Below, piece after piece: positions 1-8,650 of a stretch of DNA of 64,000 bases. The notes under the pieces were generated by a model. The model had not been told where the DNA came from. It did no database searches and saw only the letters and a program-made list of their open reading frames with translations. Each line of letters begins with the position of its first letter. Position 1 is the stretch's first letter. The stretch lies in IMG/VR virus record IMGVR_UViG_3300012971_000001, positions 32,001-96,000 of that record; one strand, written 5' to 3'. Origin of the DNA: a virus. The translations under genes and the position numbers were made by a program.

Positions 1-849
1 AGTTCCGCGAATCTAACGGTGCCCGCATCGGTCAGCATTCCCGGCAACTCGTCCAGCTTCAAATTTCCGGTTACAGCTTCGGCGCTAGCCACCGGCATAG
101 AAAAAGATACGATCACAGCCAAGGTTGCGGGTGCAACGAAGACAGTTGCAGTTACGATTGATCCAAGCGCGAAATTTCAATTCCGCGTAACGACCACGGA
201 GATGCCGTCGCTCGTGGATTCCGCGACCGTGACGCCGGTCGTGAAACCCACGGGATGGACCGGCACGCTGACGGTGCGCGGCGGCGGCAGCGTGATCATG
301 AATGCGACCGGCGCGGGCGCGGCATTTCTGAACGGCGGCAACCAGGGCAGCGATGCCGCATATGTGAATTTCACGAGCGCATCGTTCGGCACCGTGTTCA
401 ACAATTCGTCGGAGATCTCGCTGTATCTCAGATCCGGCTACACGTTCGCGGAACGGCAGGCGCTCGCAAGCCCGAACATGCGCAGCGCCTTCGAAATCTA
501 CGACGCCAACGGAAGCTGGTGGAGTTTCAACACGTACACGAGTACGGACGGCGCGCTGCGGTTCGGGTTCGGCGCGAAGGGCTACGCGGCGGTATACGCG
601 ATCCCGGCGGGCACGGAAGACGCAGTGTTCGGCAAAGGCGTGATCGTGAAAATTCGCATTACATGGGATGCCAGCACATTCAGCCTGTGGGTGAACGGCC
701 AGATGGTGCAGACGAATTCGGTTACGCAGCCGAAAAATCCTTCGTGGGGATCGACATCAGCTTTTACGATCGGCGCGCGCAGTGTTCGCTTATCAGGTGG
801 CGGCTTTTACTCCAGCGATGACACGGTTGCAGAGTTCATGATGAGATGA
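1..849 (+). CDS. Partial (5'-truncated) protein with Ig-like repeat and C-terminal LamG/concanavalin-like beta-sandwich
   Basis: Frame is open from base 1. VPASVSIPGNSSSFKFPVTA resembles Ig-like repeats; ITWDASTFSLWVNGQ...FTIGAR resembles LamG C-termini. Confidence 0.5.
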   Translation, partial: SSANLTVPASVSIPGNSSSFKFPVTASALATGIEKDTITAKVAGATKTVAVTIDPSAKFQFRVTTTEMPSLVDSATVTPVVKPTGWTGTLTVRGGGSVIMNATGAGAAFLNGGNQGSDAAYVNFTSASFGTVFNNSSEISLYLRSGYTFAERQALASPNMRSAFEIYDANGSWWSFNTYTSTDGALRFGFGAKGYAAVYAIPAGTEDAVFGKGVIVKIRITWDASTFSLWVNGQMVQTNSVTQPKNPSWGSTSAFTIGARSVRLSGGGFYSSDDTVAEFMMR

Positions 850-881
850 TGAGATAAGGGCTTAGCCGTGCTCTATAAGCT

Positions 882-909
882 TTGACATAGCCAAGGTTCA
901 TGTTAGTAT
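882..909 (+). promoter_or_regulatory. sigma70-type promoter upstream of the first HNH gene
   Basis: TTGACA (882-887), 16-nt spacer, TGn-TAGTAT (901-909). Confidence 0.5.
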
Positions 910-913
910 CTGG

Positions 914-1414
914 GTGACGATGAGAAAGATTCCAGATACACTAGCGGCACAGCAGGCTCGGTTTTCGAAGTTTGTTGATAAGAGTTCGTCGCCTAAGGGC
1001 TGTTGGCTTTGGACCGGATCTAAGGATCATTCTGGCCATGGTCACATAAAAATGAAGATGGCAGATGGCCATTTTGAATTTCAGGCTCATCGCATTGCAC
1101 ATATCTGGTGGATAGGACCTATTCCAGACGGTTTGTATGTTTGCCATAAACGCATTGATGTGTGCGGCAATGCAGCTTGCGCAAACCCTGCACATCTTTA
1201 TATTGGAAACAGCTTTGATAACTTCGCTGATGCAGTAGCTGACGGGCGCCGGCGCCATAACGCTGCACTAACCGAACAGCAGATTGGGCTAATAAAAGCA
1301 ATGTATACTGCCAACATTGTGCATGGAGCTATTTCTGCTATAGCACGAAGGCTAAACCTCAGCAGAGCTACCGTTAGTGCTGTCATAACAGGCAGGATAC
1401 GGAACCGTATATGA
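914..1414 (+). CDS. Free-standing HNH homing endonuclease with C-terminal HTH
   Basis: KSSSPKGCWLWTG...AHRIAH...VCHK...CANPAHLYIG...DN; stop overlaps the portal start (ATGA). Confidence 0.85.
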   Translation: MTMRKIPDTLAAQQARFSKFVDKSSSPKGCWLWTGSKDHSGHGHIKMKMADGHFEFQAHRIAHIWWIGPIPDGLYVCHKRIDVCGNAACANPAHLYIGNSFDNFADAVADGRRRHNAALTEQQIGLIKAMYTANIVHGAISAIARRLNLSRATVSAVITGRIRNRI

Positions 1415-4400
1415 TTGAAATTTTGCGGCGAATGCATAACAGCTTTCGTGCCCGGTTACTCAAGCACTACCGGACGAAGGAAGTCGTGCGGGTGTTTCAG
1501 ATATCCCACGCACAGGAACTGAAGGATTTGCCATATCATCAGTGGCCCGCCGTGCAGGCGCGGCAGACGCAGGAGATAGCAGCAGTGAAGGCCGGGCGCC
1601 TGGATATCGTAGATAGAAAATCCTGGGCATGGCCGTTCATCCCAGCTACGATCAACCGTCTGGCAACGCCGCTGATGAAAGCGACGCCTTACGCACTGCG
1701 GCGTATGTCTCGCACGCCTGTGCCGCGCAGAGCCATCAACCTGATTAAAAACGCTTTGATCGGGCAGGCCTGGGATGTGCAGCCGATAGATGGCGTAGCA
1801 GTACTTGACTCAGATAAGGAGCGGGATGCCCGCATACGGATCGCCAAGAAAATATTCACCCATCCGAATAATGAAGATAGCTTTCAGACGTGGATGGAGC
1901 AGGGGCTGGAGGACTTACTCATCTTCGGCTCATTCTCAACGGAGCTGTCACTTACGCCTGACCCGGAACGCCCGATAAAAATGTGGGCAGTGAATACAGA
2001 GAGCATTCGCATATTTCCCAACTGGGCAGAATCGCTGTCGCAGGACTATCCTCACTACGCGCAGATGACCGGATTAAAAGGCGAGCGCGGAGCCGTTTTG
2101 TTCTACGATGACGAATTAATGTACGTGCGTGACAACATAGCCACGGATACACCATTCGGCACGGGCAAGATGGAAGTCGGATTTCGCTCGATCACAGATT
2201 TTCTGGGCGTGCAGGACATGAGCGGCAGAGCAGGCACGGATCAAGTCCACAAAACGTGGTTGTGGTGGGAGCAGCCACAATGTTTTGACGATCAAACGGA
2301 AGTGTTGACAACGCGGGGATGGGTGCCATGGTCTGGTACTTTAGATACCGATTGCTTTGCTACTCGTAGTGCTGATGGAAAGTTCGAGTGGCAGCAATGC
2401 ACAGCTTTGCATAAGAAGCACTACAAGGGCAATTTGGTCCAGTTTCAGAATCGTAATCTTCGCATACAAGTGACGCCGAATCATCGAATGTTTGGGCGTT
2501 ACAAGTATTCGGGCAGACAGGATGGGAAGCATATCTATTATTTCGGTGACGAGCAGTTTGCGCAAGCGTGCGATGTGATTAGTACGGTTGCCAATAAACC
2601 TGGAAAGGGCAGTAAAATATCCGTTGGCTCAGATATAGCACGGATGACTACACGAAAGCCAAAATGTCACATTGATAGGCCAGATCCGAATTGCAAGCGA
2701 TGTAGAAATCGCCTGGTCATGCGAAGGTACTATGATCGCATATATCAGGGCATAGCGCCTGGCCAGTCTAGCAAGAAAACCCCTGCCGACTTTGTTATTC
2801 CAGCTAGATCTAAGTGGGTAGACGGCGTGCTGCCGGCAGAAAAATTTACAGTAGGCAAATGGGAGTTTGATTGGCAAGATTGGGCAGCATTCCTTGGAAT
2901 ATGGATGGCTGAGGGTTCTACTAGCGGCAACATGCATGCAGCACGCTTAAAGAAAAAGCAAGGGGTAAAAGAGCCTGGTTATATAGCTGCGATAGCAGCA
3001 TCAGCAGATGGAAATGCTTTCGCTCATCAGAAGAAGCATTGCACTGATATCCATACGTTTAAGGTAATCGTGGCTCAGAGCAGTAAGGCCAATTCAGAGA
3101 AGTATCAGGCTATTAAGTCCTTGATGGACAAGATGAACTTGCCTTACTACACGCACGGCAATGCCTTTACTTTTACTTGCCGAGACATTTGGGAACATCT
3201 CGCACAGTTTGGAAATAAATATACCAAGTGGGTGCCAGACTACATTAAGGACGCGCCTTCTGATGTTATCAGCACGTTTGTGCATTGGGCTTGTATAGGT
3301 GATGGCTGGCTTAGGGGAAATAAGGGTGCCAGAGGATACTTCACGACCAGTCGAAAACTAGCTGACGATCTGCAAGAACTATTTCAGAAGATAGGTAGCA
3401 GTGCCAGTATTGGTCGATCGAATGCGCATGTTGACAAGCATGGACGCTGCATATCACCTGGCTATTCCGTGATAGAACAGACGACTGAAGAGATCAGCTT
3501 AATGCCTAGCGCTTATAGGCCTGGTCGAGGGATGTGCAAGCCGCAGCTAGTGCCATATGATGGGATGGTGTACTGTGCGACAGTGCCAAATAGCACTCTA
3601 TACTGTCGCCGAAATGGCTATGCATTTTGGAGTGGGAATTCCGAGGCAGCCTATCAAATCGTGCGCAGGCATATCCAGAACGAGCTAGAAGGGCAGGCAA
3701 AGATATCGATCGTCGGCGGGATGAAGAAGCCAGAAGTCATCGAGGTGCAGCCGACGGTCGAATCCGACTTACTGTTGGGCTGGCAGGAAGTGCTGATCCG
3801 GATGATCGGCAACGCATTCGACTTATCGGCGATGGCACTTGGCGTGGAACACGACGTGAACAGAGCAGTGGGTGAAGTGCTAGACGACCGTGACCACAGA
3901 TCGGCCGTGGTCCCGATGGGCAAGCGCCTGGCAGAAGCACTTACGACGCGCGTCCTACACAACAAATTGCATTGGTACGATATCGAGTTCGTCTACCTGA
4001 ATTTGGACGACCCGGATATGGTCACCAAGCTCGACATGCTGACGCGGATGTACAGCGCCAATGCCGAGACGCCAAACGGAATCAGAATCGGCATGGGCAA
4101 GCAGCCGCTGGATAGCCCATTCGCAGACCTTACGCAGTTTGAATGCATGTTGCTCAACGTGCAGGCGCAGGTGTACGCCCAGGAAGAAGCCGCCAAGACT
4201 CAGCAGGAAATGCAGCCGCCAGCGCCGCCTGCAGGACCGGGCGGTCCCAGTGGTCCCGGGCAGGGGCCGGGGACGACGCCTGCGGTCAATGGACCGCCCC
4301 AAAAATCGATCCCACCGGGGCAGGCGCCGGGGAAAAAGGGCCTACCACCGGGGCAACAGCCGCCGACTACAGCACCCGGCGGTCCTGGCGGGCAGAAACC

Positions 4401-4872
4401 ATTAAAGATAAAGCCCAAAGTTGCCTCGCCAACCAAGCTCAGCCTTCCGAAATTCCCTATCTCCGGCACTGCATATACCGCCATGGAACTCGCGGAAATG
4501 CCGGTGGATCAGCTTCGCAACCTGTTCGACCAGGAGCAGATGCCGCCGGTCAAAAATGTCATGCACGACATGGAAAATCAGGAGCCGGGCATCCTCGAAC
4601 AGCTGTCGGAAGAAACGAAGGAATTCTTCGAAGAGCGCAAGCAAAAGGAACAGGCGCAGCATCGCGTCAAGCCGATAGATCCGAAAATCATCAAGCAGTG
4701 GGCCAAGGAACAGCAGGACCGCCTGAAGGAGCACAGCAAGCGTACCGCGTCCTATTCGGAATTCGTTGAGAAACGCGGTCAGCAAGCCATGAAGCCCGGC
4801 GGCCCGGGATCAAAGGGCATAATCCCCAAGGCAGGCAAGCCGGGGCAGATTAATCCGATAGTCAAGCAATAG
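1411..4872 (+). CDS. Phage portal protein, intein-containing, with Pro/Gly-rich C-terminal extension
   Basis: Portal-like segments (RRAINLIKNAL; LEDLLIFG; YVRDN...PFGTG; LIRMIGNAFDL; TPNGIR...G..PL) and position upstream of protease and capsid genes. Confidence 0.85.
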   Translation: MIEILRRMHNSFRARLLKHYRTKEVVRVFQISHAQELKDLPYHQWPAVQARQTQEIAAVKAGRLDIVDRKSWAWPFIPATINRLATPLMKATPYALRRMSRTPVPRRAINLIKNALIGQAWDVQPIDGVAVLDSDKERDARIRIAKKIFTHPNNEDSFQTWMEQGLEDLLIFGSFSTELSLTPDPERPIKMWAVNTESIRIFPNWAESLSQDYPHYAQMTGLKGERGAVLFYDDELMYVRDNIATDTPFGTGKMEVGFRSITDFLGVQDMSGRAGTDQVHKTWLWWEQPQCFDDQTEVLTTRGWVPWSGTLDTDCFATRSADGKFEWQQCTALHKKHYKGNLVQFQNRNLRIQVTPNHRMFGRYKYSGRQDGKHIYYFGDEQFAQACDVISTVANKPGKGSKISVGSDIARMTTRKPKCHIDRPDPNCKRCRNRLVMRRYYDRIYQGIAPGQSSKKTPADFVIPARSKWVDGVLPAEKFTVGKWEFDWQDWAAFLGIWMAEGSTSGNMHAARLKKKQGVKEPGYIAAIAASADGNAFAHQKKHCTDIHTFKVIVAQSSKANSEKYQAIKSLMDKMNLPYYTHGNAFTFTCRDIWEHLAQFGNKYTKWVPDYIKDAPSDVISTFVHWACIGDGWLRGNKGARGYFTTSRKLADDLQELFQKIGSSASIGRSNAHVDKHGRCISPGYSVIEQTTEEISLMPSAYRPGRGMCKPQLVPYDGMVYCATVPNSTLYCRRNGYAFWSGNSEAAYQIVRRHIQNELEGQAKISIVGGMKKPEVIEVQPTVESDLLLGWQEVLIRMIGNAFDLSAMALGVEHDVNRAVGEVLDDRDHRSAVVPMGKRLAEALTTRVLHNKLHWYDIEFVYLNLDDPDMVTKLDMLTRMYSANAETPNGIRIGMGKQPLDSPFADLTQFECMLLNVQAQVYAQEEAAKTQQEMQPPAPPAGPGGPSGPGQGPGTTPAVNGPPQKSIPPGQAPGKKGLPPGQQPPTTAPGGPGGQKPLKIKPKVASPTKLSLPKFPISGTAYTAMELAEMPVDQLRNLFDQEQMPPVKNVMHDMENQEPGILEQLSEETKEFFEERKQKEQAQHRVKPIDPKIIKQWAKEQQDRLKEHSKRTASYSEFVEKRGQQAMKPGGPGSKGIIPKAGKPGQINPIVKQ
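2281..3639 (+). mobile_element. Intein with LAGLIDADG homing endonuclease inside the portal (453 aa)
   Basis: Starts CFDDQTEVLTTRGW; block B VTPNHRM; LAGLIDADG-like FLGIWMAEGS and ACIGDGW; ends YDGMVYCATVPNSTLYCRRNG...WSGN followed by Ser(+1). Confidence 0.92.
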
Positions 4873-4880
4873 CTTTAGCC

Positions 4881-4910
4881 TTGTCCACGAGTTCGAACCC
4901 GTGGTATAAC
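4881..4910 (+). promoter_or_regulatory. sigma70-type extended -10 promoter of the accessory block, likely giving a leaderless mRNA
   Basis: TTGTCC, 18-nt spacer, TGg-TATAAC ending 5 nt before the GTG at 4916; no Shine-Dalgarno before that start. Confidence 0.55.
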
Positions 4911-4915
4911 AGGGC

Positions 4916-6019
4916 GTGGCTGACAAAGATACCAAAACAACGGCAGATGACGGGTTTACGTTCAGCTCCACGTCTGAAGAGGCAGTGGGCGTTGCCTTCG
5001 GCGGTCCGCATATGTTTCCAAGGCTGGCCGGTGAAGACATCGGGCATCTAATGGTCCGCGGGGCCGAGACGATAGAGCCGGAGCTGTTCCGAAAACTGTA
5101 TCCACGGCGTTACGCAGAGATCGGCGGGTTTCACTCAGCCAAAGTAGTCGCAGCATTCCTGACGGATGCAGTCGCCTCAGCTCGATGGCTCGACCTGGAG
5201 AATCTTCCAGCTGCAACGCGGTTGCTGTTGCCTGGATTGAAATTCCTGATGGAAATGAAGATGCCGATGATGTTTCTCGATCCGAAACTGGTCGAGGCAG
5301 TCAAGCGGACAGATTTCCCGGACGCGATCAACTGGCAGGAAATGCATCTGCCGTACGAGCATGGCATCTTCATGCTCCCGAAGGGAACGCTGGTGCATCC
5401 AGTCGACGGGGAAGCAGTCTGTATCATCTATTCGCGGATGCCGCCTGGTATCTACTACCCGCCGGAACAAGGAAAGCTGCCGAGGCTGGAGCACACGCAG
5501 GGGACATTCTCGTTTCTGGCGTTAACGACCAAGAACGGCGTCTGGTACGATGGGAATTTGACAGATGAATCGTCGCCGCTGGTGAAGCTGAATAATCTGT
5601 TCTACAGCATCGGTGAGGAATACGGGCACGGTCCGCATCTGCCAACGCCAACGATTCTGGATCACAAGCTGAATCACGAGGACAGCATATTCCTCGAATC
5701 GGTCGCCACGCTGATGTTCGGCACGTTCATGGTGATGGACGCAAAGCCGGAGCTACATGAGAAGGCAAAGTTAGAAAGAAAGGTCAAGAGCAAGATAGGG
5801 CCGCCGATCGAATACTGGTCGCCTAACGTTATCGGCAAGTATTACAAGCCAAAAGTAATCCGCACCGATCACGGCACCCACGCCTCACCCAGAATGCACT
5901 GGAGACGGGGCCACACACGGGAGCAGGCGCATGGACCGCAAAGGTCACTTAGAAAAACAATTTGGATCGAGCCTATGTTAGTATCAGCTACGGCAGAAGA
6001 GAAGGATAAGCATGGCTGA
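4916..6019 (+). CDS. Conserved phage hypothetical protein (HWRRGH-motif family)
   Basis: 367-aa ORF with C-terminal HASPRMHWRRGH...RKTIWIEP, a motif I recognise from phage proteins of unknown function. Confidence 0.7.
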   Translation: MADKDTKTTADDGFTFSSTSEEAVGVAFGGPHMFPRLAGEDIGHLMVRGAETIEPELFRKLYPRRYAEIGGFHSAKVVAAFLTDAVASARWLDLENLPAATRLLLPGLKFLMEMKMPMMFLDPKLVEAVKRTDFPDAINWQEMHLPYEHGIFMLPKGTLVHPVDGEAVCIIYSRMPPGIYYPPEQGKLPRLEHTQGTFSFLALTTKNGVWYDGNLTDESSPLVKLNNLFYSIGEEYGHGPHLPTPTILDHKLNHEDSIFLESVATLMFGTFMVMDAKPELHEKAKLERKVKSKIGPPIEYWSPNVIGKYYKPKVIRTDHGTHASPRMHWRRGHTREQAHGPQRSLRKTIWIEPMLVSATAEEKDKHG

Positions 6020-6317
6020 CGATAACGGGGCAGGAAGAATAGATCGCATAGAGCAAGCATTGGAGCGCCTGGTAGACACGATGGCAATGGCTGATCGTCG
6101 CCTTGAGGCAAGATTTACGCAGTTGAGTTACTTGATCAACGATATGCATGAAGCTACAGCCAAGGAATTCAAGTTTATGCTTGGCTGGCAAGTCATTGCC
6201 CAGGAACAGATGGACAAGCAGACTGCGTTGCAACGGGTGAGAGATGAGCGTATAGAAAAGCTTATCCTTGCCATTGGCGAACTGATCAAACGGTTGCCAG
6301 AAAGAAAGGAAGGGTAG
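6012..6317 (+). CDS. Small coiled-coil hypothetical protein
   Basis: SD-like AAGGA, overlap with upstream stop, heptad pattern. Confidence 0.65.
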   Translation: MADDNGAGRIDRIEQALERLVDTMAMADRRLEARFTQLSYLINDMHEATAKEFKFMLGWQVIAQEQMDKQTALQRVRDERIEKLILAIGELIKRLPERKEG

Positions 6318-6321
6318 CAAT

Positions 6322-6729
6322 ATCTGGTTATTTACGATACATGGATTTTTCAGTGTTTCAGTGCTGGGCAACAGCGTGATGGTGCGCGCCAGATGCAGGA
6401 GTCATCTGGAAAAGCTGGTCAAGCGCTTCGAAATTCTCAAGTCGCCGGCCATCGAGGAGACGCCGCAGAGCGATTACCGCTTCAGAATTCGCATTGACCG
6501 GAAGCGATACAAGCAGCTGGTGTCCGCACTGGCAGAGCAGCAGAACTGGACTAACTTCAAGGAAGCCGTGGAACTGACCGCGGGCCAGACAGTAGAAGAT
6601 GAGCTTTACATAGAAGCATTGCACAAGATCTGGCAAGTCATGTTCGACGTGCAGTGTGACTCGCTGTGCGGCACGCAGTCGAAAGGACTGCCAGCCGCCA
6701 CAATTGCTCGGATACGAGAATGGCTATGA
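6322..6729 (+). CDS. Hypothetical phage protein (MWxFTxxGFFS-type N-terminus; apparent ATC start)
   Basis: In-frame xWLFTIHGFFSV upstream of the GTG at 6361, then VRAR...DYRFR...NFK. Confidence 0.6.
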   Translation: MWLFTIHGFFSVSVLGNSVMVRARCRSHLEKLVKRFEILKSPAIEETPQSDYRFRIRIDRKRYKQLVSALAEQQNWTNFKEAVELTAGQTVEDELYIEALHKIWQVMFDVQCDSLCGTQSKGLPAATIARIREWL

Positions 6730-6742
6730 GCAGGGCGACGAA

Positions 6743-6970
6743 ATGCTCAAGTCTGCTGAAGGCGAGCTTGAGAAGGGCGTGTTCCAATCCTACCAGGAAG
6801 TGCTGGAACATTTGTTCTACAAGTTTAATCGTGACGATCGCCCGAACGGGCAGACTGCTCATAGTTTATCTGTGGGCGACGTGGTTGTTCTAAACAATAT
6901 GGTCTGCATGATGGGCTTTGCACAGATCGAGTTTAATCCAGTGGTTGTAAAGGAGCAGAATGAACGATAA
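6743..6970 (+). CDS. YodL-like domain protein (start uncertain, 6656-6743)
   Basis: LEHLFYKFNRDDRP...HSLSVGDVVVL matches the YodL-like signature. Confidence 0.6.
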   Translation: MLKSAEGELEKGVFQSYQEVLEHLFYKFNRDDRPNGQTAHSLSVGDVVVLNNMVCMMGFAQIEFNPVVVKEQNER

Positions 6971-7337
6971 ACAGAAAGTCCCACTGAATGTCGGCTGGCT
7001 CAGCGAGAACGACTTGCTGACTAAGGCAGCTGGTATGTTGGGCTATGAATTGGGGCCAGCAAATGAGGAGTCGATCATCGTTACTGGTCACAAAGATGCC
7101 AAGCCCGCGGACTACCCGTCAGTTTATCCGTTCTACATGATGTGGGACGAAAACCTGATGTTTACTGTGGCACAGCTGCTTGAACTGGGCTTCGAGCCAG
7201 GAGAGTTTAAGTATTGTGAGTGCTGCAAAAAGCTCCAGGTTGATTGTGATCGTGATGTTGCAGAGTCAATGGATGTGCTGCGGGATCTGGGAGCGCTTGG
7301 CTACGATCAGATGCATCAGGATCTAAGCGACGATTAG
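6960..7337 (+). CDS. Hypothetical protein
   Basis: AGGAG Shine-Dalgarno, 125-aa ORF with a CxCC motif. Confidence 0.6.
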   Translation: MNDKQKVPLNVGWLSENDLLTKAAGMLGYELGPANEESIIVTGHKDAKPADYPSVYPFYMMWDENLMFTVAQLLELGFEPGEFKYCECCKKLQVDCDRDVAESMDVLRDLGALGYDQMHQDLSDD

Positions 7338-7345
7338 GAGCAAAC

Positions 7346-7612
7346 ATGGAAGATCAAAAGCCGGGCGATACAATATTTGTGTCTAAAGTTGAGCTAGCAG
7401 GCTGGGGTGGAGGTCCCGGCATGACGTTCGCAATTCGTTTAATCGGCAATGCAACGGTCAGGATGGCACCGGATTTCCCTGGTTTAATTGAGTATACGGC
7501 GGATGAAGATATATTTGATGATCCGTTTCGTAATGAGCGAAAGCAGCTATACAAGAAGGGCGATGTTCTGCTCTTTGCTCCAAATCATGTTCGGCTGATG
7601 GAGGCAGTATAG
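7346..7612 (+). CDS. Hypothetical protein
   Basis: AGGAG Shine-Dalgarno, 88-aa ORF. Confidence 0.6.
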   Translation: MEDQKPGDTIFVSKVELAGWGGGPGMTFAIRLIGNATVRMAPDFPGLIEYTADEDIFDDPFRNERKQLYKKGDVLLFAPNHVRLMEAV

Positions 7613-7662
7613 AACAGAACAGTTACAATAGTTTAATCAACGCTTTGGTTGAAGACCGCCTT

Positions 7663-7692
7663 GGCCCGGTGCAATGCCGGGCCTTTATTTTG
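7663..7692 (+). terminator. Rho-independent terminator closing the accessory block
   Basis: GGCCCGGT-gcaat-GCCGGGCC hairpin followed by TTTATTTT. Confidence 0.75.
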
Positions 7693-7729
7693 TCTGATGT
7701 TTGCTCGGATACGAGAGGAGTAAATCCCG

Positions 7730-7765
7730 TTCGCCGTTGGCTGCTCCAGGGAACGTTAGTATCCT
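7730..7765 (+). promoter_or_regulatory. Putative late promoter, copy 1 (CGCCG-TWGGCY ... TAnnnT)
   Basis: TTCGCCG TTGGCT, 17 nt, TATCCT; the motif recurs at 14002 and 30334. Confidence 0.55.
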
Positions 7766-7784
7766 CGCTCTAGGAGCACCAGCG

Positions 7785-8375
7785 GTGATTACAGCAAGTC
7801 CAGCTACCCTGCGCAGGCTAATTCTTCAACGCCCCGGCACGCTGCTGCAGCCCATTCAACCCAAACCATTACCCAACCTGCAGCGATTCAACCTGATGGG
7901 CGGTGGTCCCGGCTCCGGATGTCATGGCGACCAGTGTGGGCGTCCTGCAGGCTCTGGATCGGAGCAGAGCCGTGCAGAGCGTGCTTCGGCAACATACAAG
8001 CCTTCGACCAGAGAAAAGCAGCGGATAGCAGACGAGTCGGAACGTGATCTTAGCATAGCGTTGAAGATGGACCGCACGCCCGACAACGCAGCCTTCGATT
8101 TGAAGATTCCTGCAGCACCACCAGCAAAGGGCGTCGGTGTGGAAATCAAGACGTTCATCGACAACTCGAACAGCAAGATCACGATGCACAAGGAATCGCT
8201 GGCGCGGAAGGTCAAGGCTGCTAAGAAAGAAAAGCTAAACGCGCATACGGTGGTGGTCGATAAGAGAGAACCCGGCACAGAACGCTACTTCTATCGCAAG
8301 GGCGTCGGTTCGTTCTATCTCCGCACCATGAAAGAAGTAAGCATCAAAGAATTGAGAGGGATACTAATCGCATGA
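7785..8375 (+). CDS. Putative head-packaged effector 1: GGPGSGCHG tag plus PD-(D/E)xK nuclease domain
   Basis: AGGAG (7772) then GTG at 7785; LMG-GGPGSGCHGDQCGRP; E...DNAAFD...VEIKT nuclease-like core. Confidence 0.65.
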   Translation: MITASPATLRRLILQRPGTLLQPIQPKPLPNLQRFNLMGGGPGSGCHGDQCGRPAGSGSEQSRAERASATYKPSTREKQRIADESERDLSIALKMDRTPDNAAFDLKIPAAPPAKGVGVEIKTFIDNSNSKITMHKESLARKVKAAKKEKLNAHTVVVDKREPGTERYFYRKGVGSFYLRTMKEVSIKELRGILIA

Positions 8376-8650
8376 GCTACGAAGTAATCGGCGACAGCAA
8401 GCCGCTGGGACAGTTTGCCAGCAACAAGGGCTACACGGACCTGATAGACGCTGCAGATGCCGCAGCAGACAAGTATCCCGCACTGCAGGGGCTGTTCGAT
8501 ACGGGCAGGTCAAAGAATGTAGCCAAAGTCATCACGGAACTGAACACACTTGCGGCAACGGCTTCTAAAGATGTAGCTTCGACAGCAAGGACGCTGGTTT
8601 CACTCATTGCAGGGAAAAAGAAAATTGTCATATCGGATGGTGTCTCATGA
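8372..8650 (+). CDS. Small protein, candidate immunity/partner of effector 1
   Basis: 92 aa, ATGA-coupled to the nuclease gene and to the next gene; lacks the tag. Confidence 0.5.
   Translation: MSYEVIGDSKPLGQFASNKGYTDLIDAADAAADKYPALQGLFDTGRSKNVAKVITELNTLAATASKDVASTARTLVSLIAGKKKIVISDGVS

Noticed and set aside
7701-7784. TTG start for effector 1 given in the ORF track
   Set aside because: Overlaps the predicted promoter; GTG 7785 has an AGGAG at proper spacing.
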